Shown one piece after another: positions 27,104 through 35,384 of a stretch of DNA of 42,773 bases. The stretch is from the UHGV virus genome UHGV-0328628; one strand, 5' to 3'. The DNA is from a virus. Under the pieces are notes generated by a model. It saw nothing but the letters and a program-made list of their open reading frames with translations. It was not told where the DNA came from and did not search any database. How positions within the stretch are numbered: the stretch's first letter is position 1; every line of letters begins with the position of its first letter. The translations under genes were made by a program, and so were the position numbers.

Positions 27104-28624
27104 TTAGTAAAATGTGTTTTTCGCCCATTCGGACATTTCTGGTTTTTCTAAAGATTTTTTATAAGCCCAGTCGTAGGCCTTTAAAACTTTTTCCATCGAT
27201 ACGTTACAAAGTAGAGAAAATTCCTCTAATACATCTAATGAATATTCTTTCTTTCGATAAGCGGTCAAAGAACCGAACATTTTAAATAGCGGATTTCCCT
27301 TTCCGGCCATTTCTACTTTCGCTTTTGCGATTGCATAATTGATTTCTAGTGATTGTTTCGTTGAAAATTTCTTGCGTGAAAATCGTGCAATTTTTGCTTT
27401 TTCAGCATTCAGCTCCACCATTTCCACCGTTTCGTCAAAAGTGACAGATGTTTCTTTTTCCTTCATTTCAATTTCTTGAAGGCAAAACGGGCAATGTGGT
27501 TTATCGTTGATTTTCAAAAGACTTTTTAAAAGAAATTGTTGTCCACAAGTTGTACAAATCATTTTCGGCGGTCCGCTGCTACTTGTCGACTTTTTCTTTC
27601 GGCCTTCAATGGACCATTCAAACTCATCGGCCGGTAATCCTAAATTAGCTCCGTTACCCACATGGTCCAAAATGATAGATGTTTTATCAGGACGATACCT
27701 CATACCACGCATAGACTGCTGTAGATGAAGAACGATTGATTGCGTTGGTCGGCATAGAATGATCACTCCTACATCAGGTACATTGAACCCCTCTGAAATC
27801 AAATCAACATTGGATAAAATCGTGATTTTCTTTGCTTTAAAATCAGCCATGATTTGATCACGTTCTTTCGTAGGAGTCTTTCCGTCAGCGTGTACCGCAT
27901 AAATACCTTCTTGATTGAACCATTCAACGATGAGTTTGCTCACTTCAATCGTTGGGGCATAAACAATCGCTTGTTTCCCATTAGCGTATTTTTTGTAGTT
28001 TCCGATGATATCGCCTTGAATCGTAGCGTCTGACTCAAAGAGCTTTGCGGATGATTCCGCCTCTCTCGTCATATTTTTAAAATCGACTTTCGCTCGATCA
28101 ATCAGCGGTATAGAAAACCATCGATAAGGCGCTAAATTGTGATGATCAATCAACCACTGAATAGTTGGGCCTTCGACCATTTCATCATAGATGTCTTTAA
28201 ACCCTTCGCCGTTCATCCTCCAAGGCGTAGCAGTAAATCCGAGACGTGGTACATTAGAAAAATGATCATAGATATCTTTATAAGTTTTTGCTTTTCCGTG
28301 GTGTCCTTCATCTGTAACGATGAGGGAGAGTGGCGGCATTGTATTCAATCTGTTTTTGGCCATTACCGCTGATAGAATTAATACATTGGATAAATCCACT
28401 TCATTTTCTTCAAGGGTTTCTCGAATGTTATCTAACAATTCTCTACGATGAGCCAAAAACAGTACCTTTCCACCTTTATTCGTTGCCAGTCTAACTATTT
28501 CCGCAATCACTACTGACTTGCCGCTTCCTGGCGGCGATTGAATGAGGACACCTTTATTCCCCGTTGCTAGATGGTTTCTCGCTTCTATTACCAGATTGTT
28601 TTGATATGGTCTCAATTGGAACAC
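27104..28624 (-). CDS. SF2 DEAD/DEAH-box DNA helicase with C-terminal zinc ribbon
   Basis: RPYQ, GSGKS (motif I), DEGHH (motif II); C-terminal CTTCG...CPFC. Confidence 0.85.
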   Translation of the reverse strand: MFQLRPYQNNLVIEARNHLATGNKGVLIQSPPGSGKSVVIAEIVRLATNKGGKVLFLAHRRELLDNIRETLEENEVDLSNVLILSAVMAKNRLNTMPPLSLIVTDEGHHGKAKTYKDIYDHFSNVPRLGFTATPWRMNGEGFKDIYDEMVEGPTIQWLIDHHNLAPYRWFSIPLIDRAKVDFKNMTREAESSAKLFESDATIQGDIIGNYKKYANGKQAIVYAPTIEVSKLIVEWFNQEGIYAVHADGKTPTKERDQIMADFKAKKITILSNVDLISEGFNVPDVGVIILCRPTQSIVLHLQQSMRGMRYRPDKTSIILDHVGNGANLGLPADEFEWSIEGRKKKSTSSSGPPKMICTTCGQQFLLKSLLKINDKPHCPFCLQEIEMKEKETSVTFDETVEMVELNAEKAKIARFSRKKFSTKQSLEINYAIAKAKVEMAGKGNPLFKMFGSLTAYRKKEYSLDVLEEFSLLCNVSMEKVLKAYDWAYKKSLEKPEMSEWAKNTFY

Positions 28625-29336
28625 TTACTTCACCGCCAATAACTATAAATTCATCAATTACACAACCTTTTCTGTCGTCCAATCTGTTTTTGGCATAAAC
28701 ACTTTGAGTAGGACTAAGCACTAATCCTCTTTTTTCATTACCATCTTCATCTTTTTTAACTACTAATCTCCCGACAACATCACATAAGCCGAGGAAATTA
28801 TTTAAAATCTTTGTTCTAATATCTGGCATTGATCGAGTGAAGAATTGTCCATTCATTTCCGTATACGTATCAGTTGTTTCCCACGCTGTTAGTACTACTC
28901 GGCATTCCATGCTATTTAATGCTCTGAGACTTCTCAAGTTTATAAAATCAGTTCGTTGATAATCAGCCTGCGAGGGCACACCGTTGTTCTTCCCTTTTTT
29001 TCCTAGATCTTCTAATTGTGCTTTGAATAACTCAGATAAGTTGTCTACACAAATGTTGTCAAATTGTTCTTCATATGCCGATTTGTTTTTTATTAAATCG
29101 GCTATTGTATCAAGCCATTCCTGCCAAATATCGGATGAGTTTAATTTCCATACATCAATATTTTTTTTATTCGGATGGTTTGCTAATGTGGATGATGAAC
29201 CATCGACATCCAAGACTAAAGATTTGCCAGGGAGATAACCTAAAGAATATGTTTTTCCCATACCTGGATTCGCATATATCATGTAGGTACCTTTATCCAC
29301 GGTTAAATTTTCAGCTTTGAATTTTTTTACCATCAT
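28554..29336 (-). CDS. Sak4-like RecA-fold ATPase (AAA_24 family)
   Basis: Walker A IYANPGMGKT; phage replication/recombination module context. Confidence 0.75.
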   Translation of the reverse strand: MMVKKFKAENLTVDKGTYMIYANPGMGKTYSLGYLPGKSLVLDVDGSSSTLANHPNKKNIDVWKLNSSDIWQEWLDTIADLIKNKSAYEEQFDNICVDNLSELFKAQLEDLGKKGKNNGVPSQADYQRTDFINLRSLRALNSMECRVVLTAWETTDTYTEMNGQFFTRSMPDIRTKILNNFLGLCDVVGRLVVKKDEDGNEKRGLVLSPTQSVYAKNRLDDRKGCVIDEFIVIGGEVSVPIETISKQSGNRSEKPSSNGE

Positions 29337-29863
29337 TCATACCTCCATTTGTAACCATATGCCGTCTCTCTGTTCATGATCTGCCTTGCCGCACGACTGA
29401 TGTTTATAGAGTTCCCGTTCACGAATTTGGCAGCATCTTTTAAAAAACTAAATCTCCTAAGCTCTTTTCCATCTAAATCAAGTTGAACAATTTCTTTTCC
29501 TTTCCCCTTTCTTTTAGAAATAGCAACTCTCAACATGTGATTTCCATGATTATTGTTTTCTTTTACCGTTACCCATTCTAAATTTTGCAAATGATTATCA
29601 TTTCTGATTTCATTGATATGATTTACATGAGGTTTATTCTCGTTGTTTGGTATGAATGCTTCGGCAAGTAATCTATGCAGGTAAAATTTTTTCGGTTTTC
29701 CATTTTTGCATAGCCTGACCATCATGTAGCCATTCCCATTGTCTGAAATTTTTAAGTAACCAGTTTTGCAACCTTGTCGGTACTTACTTCGAATATTTCC
29801 AAGATTACTAATTTCATATTCTTTTTCATAACCAATGATTGAAGTCCAGTATTCAAATTCCAT
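29333..29863 (-). CDS. Free-standing HNH homing endonuclease (NUMOD4 / HNH_3 type)
   Basis: YEISNLGNIRS N-terminus, H-N-H region VNHINEIRNDNHLQNLEWVTVKEN; inserted between Gp157 and Sak4. Confidence 0.75.
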   Translation of the reverse strand: MEFEYWTSIIGYEKEYEISNLGNIRSKYRQGCKTGYLKISDNGNGYMMVRLCKNGKPKKFYLHRLLAEAFIPNNENKPHVNHINEIRNDNHLQNLEWVTVKENNNHGNHMLRVAISKRKGKGKEIVQLDLDGKELRRFSFLKDAAKFVNGNSINISRAARQIMNRETAYGYKWRYE

Positions 29864-30345
29864 CAGCGAATCCTCACACTTTCCGTTTGTACTAATTCGA
29901 CGCCCGCTATTTCAAGACCATTTTTAAGCTCATTTTTGAGTTGTGTCTTATCTAGCTTAGATGGTTGAGGAACATAAAAACCTTCAGGAATGTATTGTTC
30001 ACTTTCAATCTTTAAGGAAGGCGCGTTCTTTTGTATTGCTACAGTCAGAAGTTCGCCTTGGACTTTACGTTTTCCAATCACGTCCATTTGTTCTTGGAGA
30101 TAAACCTTCATTGATTTCGCATTGTTTCGCATTGCTTGTTCCCGTTTTGCCAAACGGTCTTTTTCGGCTTTGATCATGTCTGCTTGACCTTCGATTTCTT
30201 TAATTGACTTCGCGATGTTTTCTGCTTTGTCATCAAAAGCTTCTTCAATTGAATCCAACGTATCTTTTAAAGTGCCGTCATCTAATTGGTCAGCCATTTC
30301 AATCACTTGGCTATAACTTTCAGATAGTTTATAAAGTACTGGCAT
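29863..30345 (-). CDS. Siphovirus Gp157-family protein
   Basis: 160 aa coiled-coil protein at the head of the Sak4 replication module. Confidence 0.6.
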   Translation of the reverse strand: MPVLYKLSESYSQVIEMADQLDDGTLKDTLDSIEEAFDDKAENIAKSIKEIEGQADMIKAEKDRLAKREQAMRNNAKSMKVYLQEQMDVIGKRKVQGELLTVAIQKNAPSLKIESEQYIPEGFYVPQPSKLDKTQLKNELKNGLEIAGVELVQTESVRIR

Positions 30346-30670
30346 CGATTAGTTCCTCTCCCCTCTTAGGCTGCAAGTCGAAAAATTTTGCATATCCGTT
30401 ATTAACAATCCAAGTGAGCATGGCTTCTTTAACTACCTCAGAATATTCACTTGGCAGCATAACCTCTCTAAGTTCTTCGTTTGCTTCGCCTGCTGTTAAT
30501 TCGTCCACGTACTCTTTTGAGTAACGTTCCAAATTTTTTTCTAGCACAATGCCTTCAAAATTTAAGTAAACAGTGTCATTTTTATAAACATCATCACCGT
30601 AAACGTCCTTTAAAATTGGTTCGTCATAATCAGGTTCTAGCGGCACACCTAGTGAATCTCTAATGGTCAT
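30329..30670 (-). CDS. Highly acidic early protein (26 D/E of 113 aa)
   Basis: Residue count from the translation; sits near the start of the early operon. Confidence 0.45.
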   Translation of the reverse strand: MTIRDSLGVPLEPDYDEPILKDVYGDDVYKNDTVYLNFEGIVLEKNLERYSKEYVDELTAGEANEELREVMLPSEYSEVVKEAMLTWIVNNGYAKFFDLQPKRGEELIDASTL

Positions 30671-30727
30671 GTGGTATAATTCCTCCTATAAGATATTTGT
30701 TTGACTAGCTTAGTTTGGTAGACGGGG

Positions 30728-30934
30728 CTAGTCTTTTTTTCGTAAATCATCAATTACAAAAGCGTTACCTACATTGTTTTCCAGCAACACCCTAAGTTGC
30801 TCAGCAATATTTTCAGTAAACGGAGCTGCCTCTTCTAATGCTCCAAAACCACAGTATGAGCCTGTAAATTTTTTTACATAGTTTTTATTTTTTCCGTGAT
30901 TGCTTAAAATATAAACTAACTTCATTCTTATCAC
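30728..30934 (-). CDS. Hypothetical small protein
   Basis: RBS AAAGGCGGTGA before the ATG. Confidence 0.4.
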   Translation of the reverse strand: MIRMKLVYILSNHGKNKNYVKKFTGSYCGFGALEEAAPFTENIAEQLRVLLENNVGNAFVIDDLRKKD

Positions 30935-30956
30935 CGCCTTTCAATTTGATATAATG
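30920..30956 (+). promoter_or_regulatory. Plus-strand promoter with extended -10 (TGATATAAT) for the moron 30982..31545
   Basis: TGATATAAT at 30947-30955; weak -35. Confidence 0.45.
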
Positions 30957-30981
30957 GTTTAAAAACTGGTGGTGTCTTTTT

Positions 30982-31545
30982 TTGGATAAAAATTCTTTTT
31001 TTACTTTGGATAATATTTCTAAAGTTGTTGCTATGCTTGTGGCAATTTTTACAGTGTGGAACATTATTATTAACTCTCAACAAATCAAAAAGCTTAATGA
31101 CGAAAAGAACAAAGCTGAAAAATTTGAACAAGCCAAATTCATATCTACTTGGAGCACAGAATTTGGTGGCAATACTCAAAAAGTTAATTTGAATAACGCT
31201 GATAATACGCCTGTTTATAATGTGTTCGTTTTTTTGGCAAGCTCACAAAACCGTAACGGAAAACTGAATGAGTATTTGAAATTTGCAATTGGAAAAGATG
31301 CTCAAAGTTATGCAACCTATATTGACGTCTTGCCTCCAGGAAGTTATCAAATCACAATGGAAAGTCCTGGTGTCGCTGCTGGCGGAACTCACGCAATTCC
31401 TTTTATGTTTTTTACAGACTATAAAAATACACAATGGGTTAGATATCCAAGTGGCAAATTAGCTCCGTATAACGACTATGAGAAAACATTTCAAGAACTT
31501 GGATTTAATCCTCCCTATGGAATAGGCTCACTAGAAGAAAAGTAA
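30982..31545 (+). CDS. N-terminally membrane-anchored protein (187 aa), moron on the lysogeny-direction strand; candidate superinfection-exclusion protein
   Basis: TTG start with GGTGGTG RBS; TM helix VVAMLVAIFTVWNIIINS; own promoter and own terminator; opposite strand to the surrounding lytic genes. Confidence 0.55.
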   Translation: MDKNSFFTLDNISKVVAMLVAIFTVWNIIINSQQIKKLNDEKNKAEKFEQAKFISTWSTEFGGNTQKVNLNNADNTPVYNVFVFLASSQNRNGKLNEYLKFAIGKDAQSYATYIDVLPPGSYQITMESPGVAAGGTHAIPFMFFTDYKNTQWVRYPSGKLAPYNDYEKTFQELGFNPPYGIGSLEEK

Positions 31546-31699
31546 CACTCAAACCTACGGCAATAACTGCTAAAACCATGATCATTACATCTTGCAGCTC
31601 TAATTCTTTTTGTGCCTTTATTATTTGAATCCACGAAATAAGTAACCATAAGCTACTAATAGTAAAGAACGAAGATACTATTACAAATACGGTCCTCAT
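31505..31699 (-). CDS. Small 2-TM membrane peptide (64 aa)
   Basis: Hydrophobic sequence; ATG immediately follows the TAG of the upstream 51-aa ORF (TAGATG). Confidence 0.4.
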   Translation of the reverse strand: MRTVFVIVSSFFTISSLWLLISWIQIIKAQKELELQDVMIMVLAVIAVGLSVTFLLVSLFHRED

Positions 31700-31855
31700 C
31701 TAGTCAGCCCCCTCGGCTGGCTTTTTCTTTTCCCATCCGATCACCAAAAAGAAAAGTAGAATGTAGCCGTATGCCAGCCAAATATTGACTAACGTGAAAA
31801 CTGGAATTGCGATCATCGAAAGCAGGATCGTTTGAAAATTTAGTCGTTTCATCAT
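31700..31855 (-). CDS. Small membrane peptide (51 aa, MMKRLNFQTILLSMIAIPVFTLVNIWLAYGYILLFFLVIGW...) missing from the ORF track
   Basis: AGGAGG RBS 4 nt before ATGATG, overlapping the stop of the upstream gene; hydrophobic core. Confidence 0.4.
   Translation of the reverse strand: MMKRLNFQTILLSMIAIPVFTLVNIWLAYGYILLFFLVIGWEKKKPAEGAD
31703..31731 (+). terminator. Rho-independent terminator (CAGCC-ccctc-GGCTG + CTTTTTCTTTT)
   Basis: Hairpin and T-run on the plus strand. Confidence 0.55.
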
Positions 31856-31863
31856 TAAACCTC

Positions 31864-32325
31864 CTACTGGCCCAACTCGTTTACTTTTTGTTGGCTCAAA
31901 TTTGCTAACTCCGCCATGCGTACGTCTTTTTGTGCTGAATCATTTTGAGCGCTAGATAGTTCGTTACGCAGCTTATCCACCTCTTGCTGTTTCTGCGTGA
32001 CTTCTTGTTGCTTAGATTCGACTTCACGTTGTTTGGCTTCGATTTCAGTCTGCTTCGCATTGACCTCGTTTTGTTTGTTTGCCAATTGCTGTTTCAAATT
32101 GTCTAGTTGATCTTGCAGGTTCTTTTGTTGTCCAGTCGTTTGATCAAGTTTGCTTTGAACGTCTGCTGCCTTCTGTTTGTTCTGCGTAGCAATGTTAGCC
32201 AGTTTGTAGATATTCTGTTCAACAGTTGTTGCGTTATCGAAGAACCCAACGCCTGCCGCGAATCCTACAGTTGATCCTAGAAACAATGCAGCGGTAACTC
32301 CTAGTGCAATTTTTTTATTTTTCAT
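31864..32325 (-). CDS. Signal-peptide or TM-anchored Gln-rich coiled-coil protein (153 aa)
   Basis: N-terminus MKNKKIALGVTAALFLGSTVGFAAG, then heptad Q/K/E-rich coiled coil; RBS AAAGGAAG. Confidence 0.55.
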   Translation of the reverse strand: MKNKKIALGVTAALFLGSTVGFAAGVGFFDNATTVEQNIYKLANIATQNKQKAADVQSKLDQTTGQQKNLQDQLDNLKQQLANKQNEVNAKQTEIEAKQREVESKQQEVTQKQQEVDKLRNELSSAQNDSAQKDVRMAELANLSQQKVNELGQ

Positions 32326-32403
32326 TTTGCTACTTCCTTTCTGTTGTATAATTTCCTTATCAGCAAGTGGTCTGCTGAAATAACTGATAAGGTGGTGAAA
32401 AAA

Positions 32404-32607
32404 ATGGATGAGGATAAAATTAAAAATTTAATTGAATCCGCAAGAAAGGATTCTCTTAAAGAATTAGACATTCAAGGTCAAATAGACAATTTGGGAGAAA
32501 CTAAAAAGATAACTGAAATCATCCCAATTCTTCACAAGTCTAGTCTTGATTACACAGATAAAATGATCGAGAAAGTCATTGTTTCTATTCTCGAAAAGCC
32601 GAATTAA
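32404..32607 (+). CDS. Hypothetical small protein (67 aa) on the lysogeny-direction strand
   Basis: RBS AAGGTGGTG before the ATG; upstream TATAAT at 32347-32352. Confidence 0.4.
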   Translation: MDEDKIKNLIESARKDSLKELDIQGQIDNLGETKKITEIIPILHKSSLDYTDKMIEKVIVSILEKPN

Positions 32608-32750
32608 AAGCTGCAATTTTCTGTAATTTTTTTAACTGACTCACTAGAAACTACAATATTTTCACTTGGTATTCTTTGCTCTGAGCTACTCGCAATAGCT
32701 TGGAGCAATTCTGCTATTTCTTCTGGCGTTCCCTCAATATTCATTTTCAT
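32604..32750 (-). CDS. Small protein (48 aa) missing from the ORF track
   Basis: RBS GAGGAG 7 nt before the ATG. Confidence 0.3.
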   Translation of the reverse strand: MKMNIEGTPEEIAELLQAIASSSEQRIPSENIVVSSESVKKITENCSF

Positions 32751-32762
32751 CGTTATGCTCCT

Positions 32763-33008
32763 CTATTTAAATTTATTTTTGTCCTTCCAATCTAAAAATT
32801 GATCAAATAGATTAATATTTATCAGCACAATTTTGTAAGTCGGTGCTCGATAACCGCTTTTGTAATCTGGATGTACTTTGAACTCTGCTAACAATCTTTG
32901 GAATGTAGATTCATGTCCTTCAAATCCAAAATACTTAATCGCTTCATCCTTTGGCATTGATAGTTGAGGCAATTTGATGGTTTCTGCTAAGGCTATTTTT
33001 TCAGTCAT
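32763..33008 (-). CDS. Hypothetical protein (81 aa); position is compatible with an excisionase/DNA-binding role but this is unproven
   Basis: RBS AGGAGG 5 nt before the ATG. Confidence 0.35.
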   Translation of the reverse strand: MTEKIALAETIKLPQLSMPKDEAIKYFGFEGHESTFQRLLAEFKVHPDYKSGYRAPTYKIVLININLFDQFLDWKDKNKFK

Positions 33009-33060
33009 TATTTATCCTCCTATCATTTGATATAATCGCTTTAGAAAGCGAGGTGAAAAT

Positions 33061-33259
33061 TATGTCATTAACTAATGAACAACGCGCTCATGACTTAGCT
33101 CTATTAGCGGTAGAAGCTGAAGTCAACAGAAAATTAATTTCCCAAATAAATGGCGCTGATTACAACGCAGATGAAAAAGAAGTCGATATTTACGGATTGT
33201 ATTATGACTTGTTCCATCGTAGTTTAGACGCTTTTAATCTAGACTTTCCAAAAGAATAG
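33061..33259 (+). CDS. Hypothetical small protein (65 aa) on the lysogeny-direction strand
   Basis: Extended -10 TGATATAAT at 33027-33035; RBS GAGGTG; followed by a hairpin plus T-run terminator. Confidence 0.4.
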
Positions 33260-33349
33260 TCTATGAAGCCAGCTCATTTTTGAGTTGGTTTTTGTAATTT
33301 TTAGGTCGATGGTTACGCGCCCTTTTGGTCTCTCCATTCATCTCACCTC

Positions 33350-34117
33350 CTACGCTGTTTGTTCACGTTCAATCATCGGTAAGTAATTATTCTTCTTCAA
33401 TGTCTCATATAAGAAGATGTGTCCTTTTTGCGTCCATTTCATCCGTGTTTTTACTTGCCGATTGCCGTTTTTATCTTCATAATCAAATGGTTCGATATGC
33501 GTGTATCCTTTGTCTTGGAACTTACTGTATAGCAGCCATGTGCCACTTTGATTGAATTGAATCCCCAACTCATGTAGTAATTTATTAAACGATACAGCGC
33601 TCATACCGTAGTTTTTGGCGATTGTACTAACGGTTACCAATCCTTTGTTGTTTAAGATTCGGTCGTAATAATCCGCCTTCGGCTGTAATTCATTTACTCG
33701 TTGTTCCGCAATCAGGCGCAGTGTCTTTTCTTCTTTGAGTTTGGTTGCCACTTCGATTAATAAGTCAGGATTGTCTAGCAGTTCGTCTGTGGCGTACATT
33801 CCGTGTTTTCTGATTTGTGGTAGGACTTCTTCCATTACCCAAGCTTCGAATTTTTCTGCACTCGGTAGGTTAGACTTGATAATTAGACGATAAACATCCG
33901 ATTCAGGAATAATCTTGAATTTTTGACGACGACCTAACGAATCGTTACCCCATGTTTCAATCGCTTTTTTGCAATGATCGTTAGTAGCTTTGCTTGGATT
34001 TTTATATCCCAAAGTTTTTGCAACGTCGTTCGCTACAAAATATGGGACGTCATTTTCCAGAAACGTTCGAACTTCGTTTTGTTCAAAGTTAAAAATTTGT
34101 GGTGTGTTCATATTCAT
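33350..34117 (-). CDS. Antirepressor (Bro-N/AntA N-terminal plus KilAC C-terminal domains)
   Basis: 255 aa; domain-typical sequence; downstream of cro. Confidence 0.7.
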   Translation of the reverse strand: MNMNTPQIFNFEQNEVRTFLENDVPYFVANDVAKTLGYKNPSKATNDHCKKAIETWGNDSLGRRQKFKIIPESDVYRLIIKSNLPSAEKFEAWVMEEVLPQIRKHGMYATDELLDNPDLLIEVATKLKEEKTLRLIAEQRVNELQPKADYYDRILNNKGLVTVSTIAKNYGMSAVSFNKLLHELGIQFNQSGTWLLYSKFQDKGYTHIEPFDYEDKNGNRQVKTRMKWTQKGHIFLYETLKKNNYLPMIEREQTA

Positions 34118-34157
34118 TTTCCTTTCTTATTTTTATCTCAAATAGAGATATTTGATT

Positions 34158-34391
34158 TTAAAAAAATAATTCTGATACTTTTTTGTTAAAGCTTTTTGCC
34201 AAAATGTACATTTCATAATCATGGAATGGATACTCGCCTTTTTCTTTTAACTCATATTGACGTCTTTCCAAACCAATCAAATCAGCTACGTAAGATGTAG
34301 TCCATTCATTTGCGAGCCTAGCTTTTTTGAGTTTTAACTTCGGGTTCAAAAACTCAACTCTTAAGTTTTTCTTTTTCTCCATCGTACTCAT
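34158..34391 (-). CDS. cro: Cro-like HTH (XRE family) regulator
   Basis: HTH KKARLANEWTTSYVADLIGLERRQYELKE; RBS AAGGAGG; divergent from cI. Confidence 0.7.
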   Translation of the reverse strand: MSTMEKKKNLRVEFLNPKLKLKKARLANEWTTSYVADLIGLERRQYELKEKGEYPFHDYEMYILAKSFNKKVSELFF

Positions 34392-34532
34392 GTAATCGCC
34401 TCCTTCATTTGACAAATCAATAATATCTCTATGTGAGATATATGTCAATAACTTTTTATCGCTTTTTGAGATATTTTTGTTTACACGTTTACCACAATGT
34501 GATATTATTATCTCATGAAGGAGGTGCCTTTA
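34392..34532. promoter_or_regulatory. Genetic switch region: divergent sigma-70 promoters with GAGATAT-based operators
   Basis: Minus strand: TTGACA (34443-34448) - 17 nt - TATTAT (34420-34425). Plus strand: TTTACA (34480-34485) - 17 nt - TATTAT (34503-34508). Palindrome ATATCTC-N5-GAGATAT at 34423-34441 plus an extra GAGATAT half-site at about 34468. Confidence 0.65.
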
Positions 34533-35294
34533 ATGAAGAAAAATATTTTAGGTTCGGTTATAAAGGACGCAAGAAAAAAGAAAAAACTTACTCAAGAACA
34601 ACTTAGTAAATTAACTGGCTACAGTCAAAACACTATATCTAACCATGAAAACGGAAACCGATCCCTAGATGAAGATAATATCAAAACTTATGCAACGGCT
34701 TTGGGTTTAACTTCGGACGATCTTTTCGAGGCGTTAGATATTAAAAATTCTCTAGAAAACAAAATAATGATTATCGATAAAAAACAAACTAAAATAGATA
34801 ATTTATTAGATGTATATAACCAATTGGAAGGGTCTCGCCAAACAAAAGTCTACAACTTCGCTGAACAGCAACTTGAAGAACAAAATAGTAACGTGGTTCA
34901 ATTCCCTGTTCAAAATAACCATGAAGAGGTGCAGGCGTACTTATCAGCTGGTACTGGGATTTTAAACTACTATGAAGCTGATAAAGATATAGTAGAAGTT
35001 CCAGCAGACGCACCAGAACATGATTGGATATTTAAAATTGTCGGCGATTCTATGAAGCCGTTGTTTGATACTGGTGATATCGTGTATGTGGACGAATTTA
35101 AACAAGGTACAGACACTATACAAAATGGTCGAATTTATGTGGTCGAGGTAGATGGCGAAGCTTATATAAAGAAAGTCTATGTTTATGAAGAAACAAAAAT
35201 ACTTAGATTAGTATCTCTGAACAAAGATTATACAGATTTACTATTTAACTTTGAAAATTCGGATATTAATTTTATCGGTCGTGTGATTATTTAA
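34533..35294 (+). CDS. cI: CI-like repressor (HTH_XRE plus S24 LexA-like peptidase domain)
   Basis: HTH LTQEQLSKLTGYSQNTISNHENG; C-terminal GDSM ... YIKK Ser/Lys dyad; RBS AAGGAGG. Confidence 0.85.
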   Translation: MKKNILGSVIKDARKKKKLTQEQLSKLTGYSQNTISNHENGNRSLDEDNIKTYATALGLTSDDLFEALDIKNSLENKIMIIDKKQTKIDNLLDVYNQLEGSRQTKVYNFAEQQLEEQNSNVVQFPVQNNHEEVQAYLSAGTGILNYYEADKDIVEVPADAPEHDWIFKIVGDSMKPLFDTGDIVYVDEFKQGTDTIQNGRIYVVEVDGEAYIKKVYVYEETKILRLVSLNKDYTDLLFNFENSDINFIGRVII

Positions 35295-35384
35295 AAAATA
35301 CCCCAGTCGAAGTTGGCGCTTCGGCTAGGGTTACTCATTTCTGAGTCGTACAAACATATTATATCAGAAGAGGGGCTATAAAAA

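Noticed and set aside
30204-30670. Plus-strand ORFs 30204..30524 and 30481..30663
   Set aside because: Antisense to the Gp157 and acidic-protein genes; no start signals; junk-like composition
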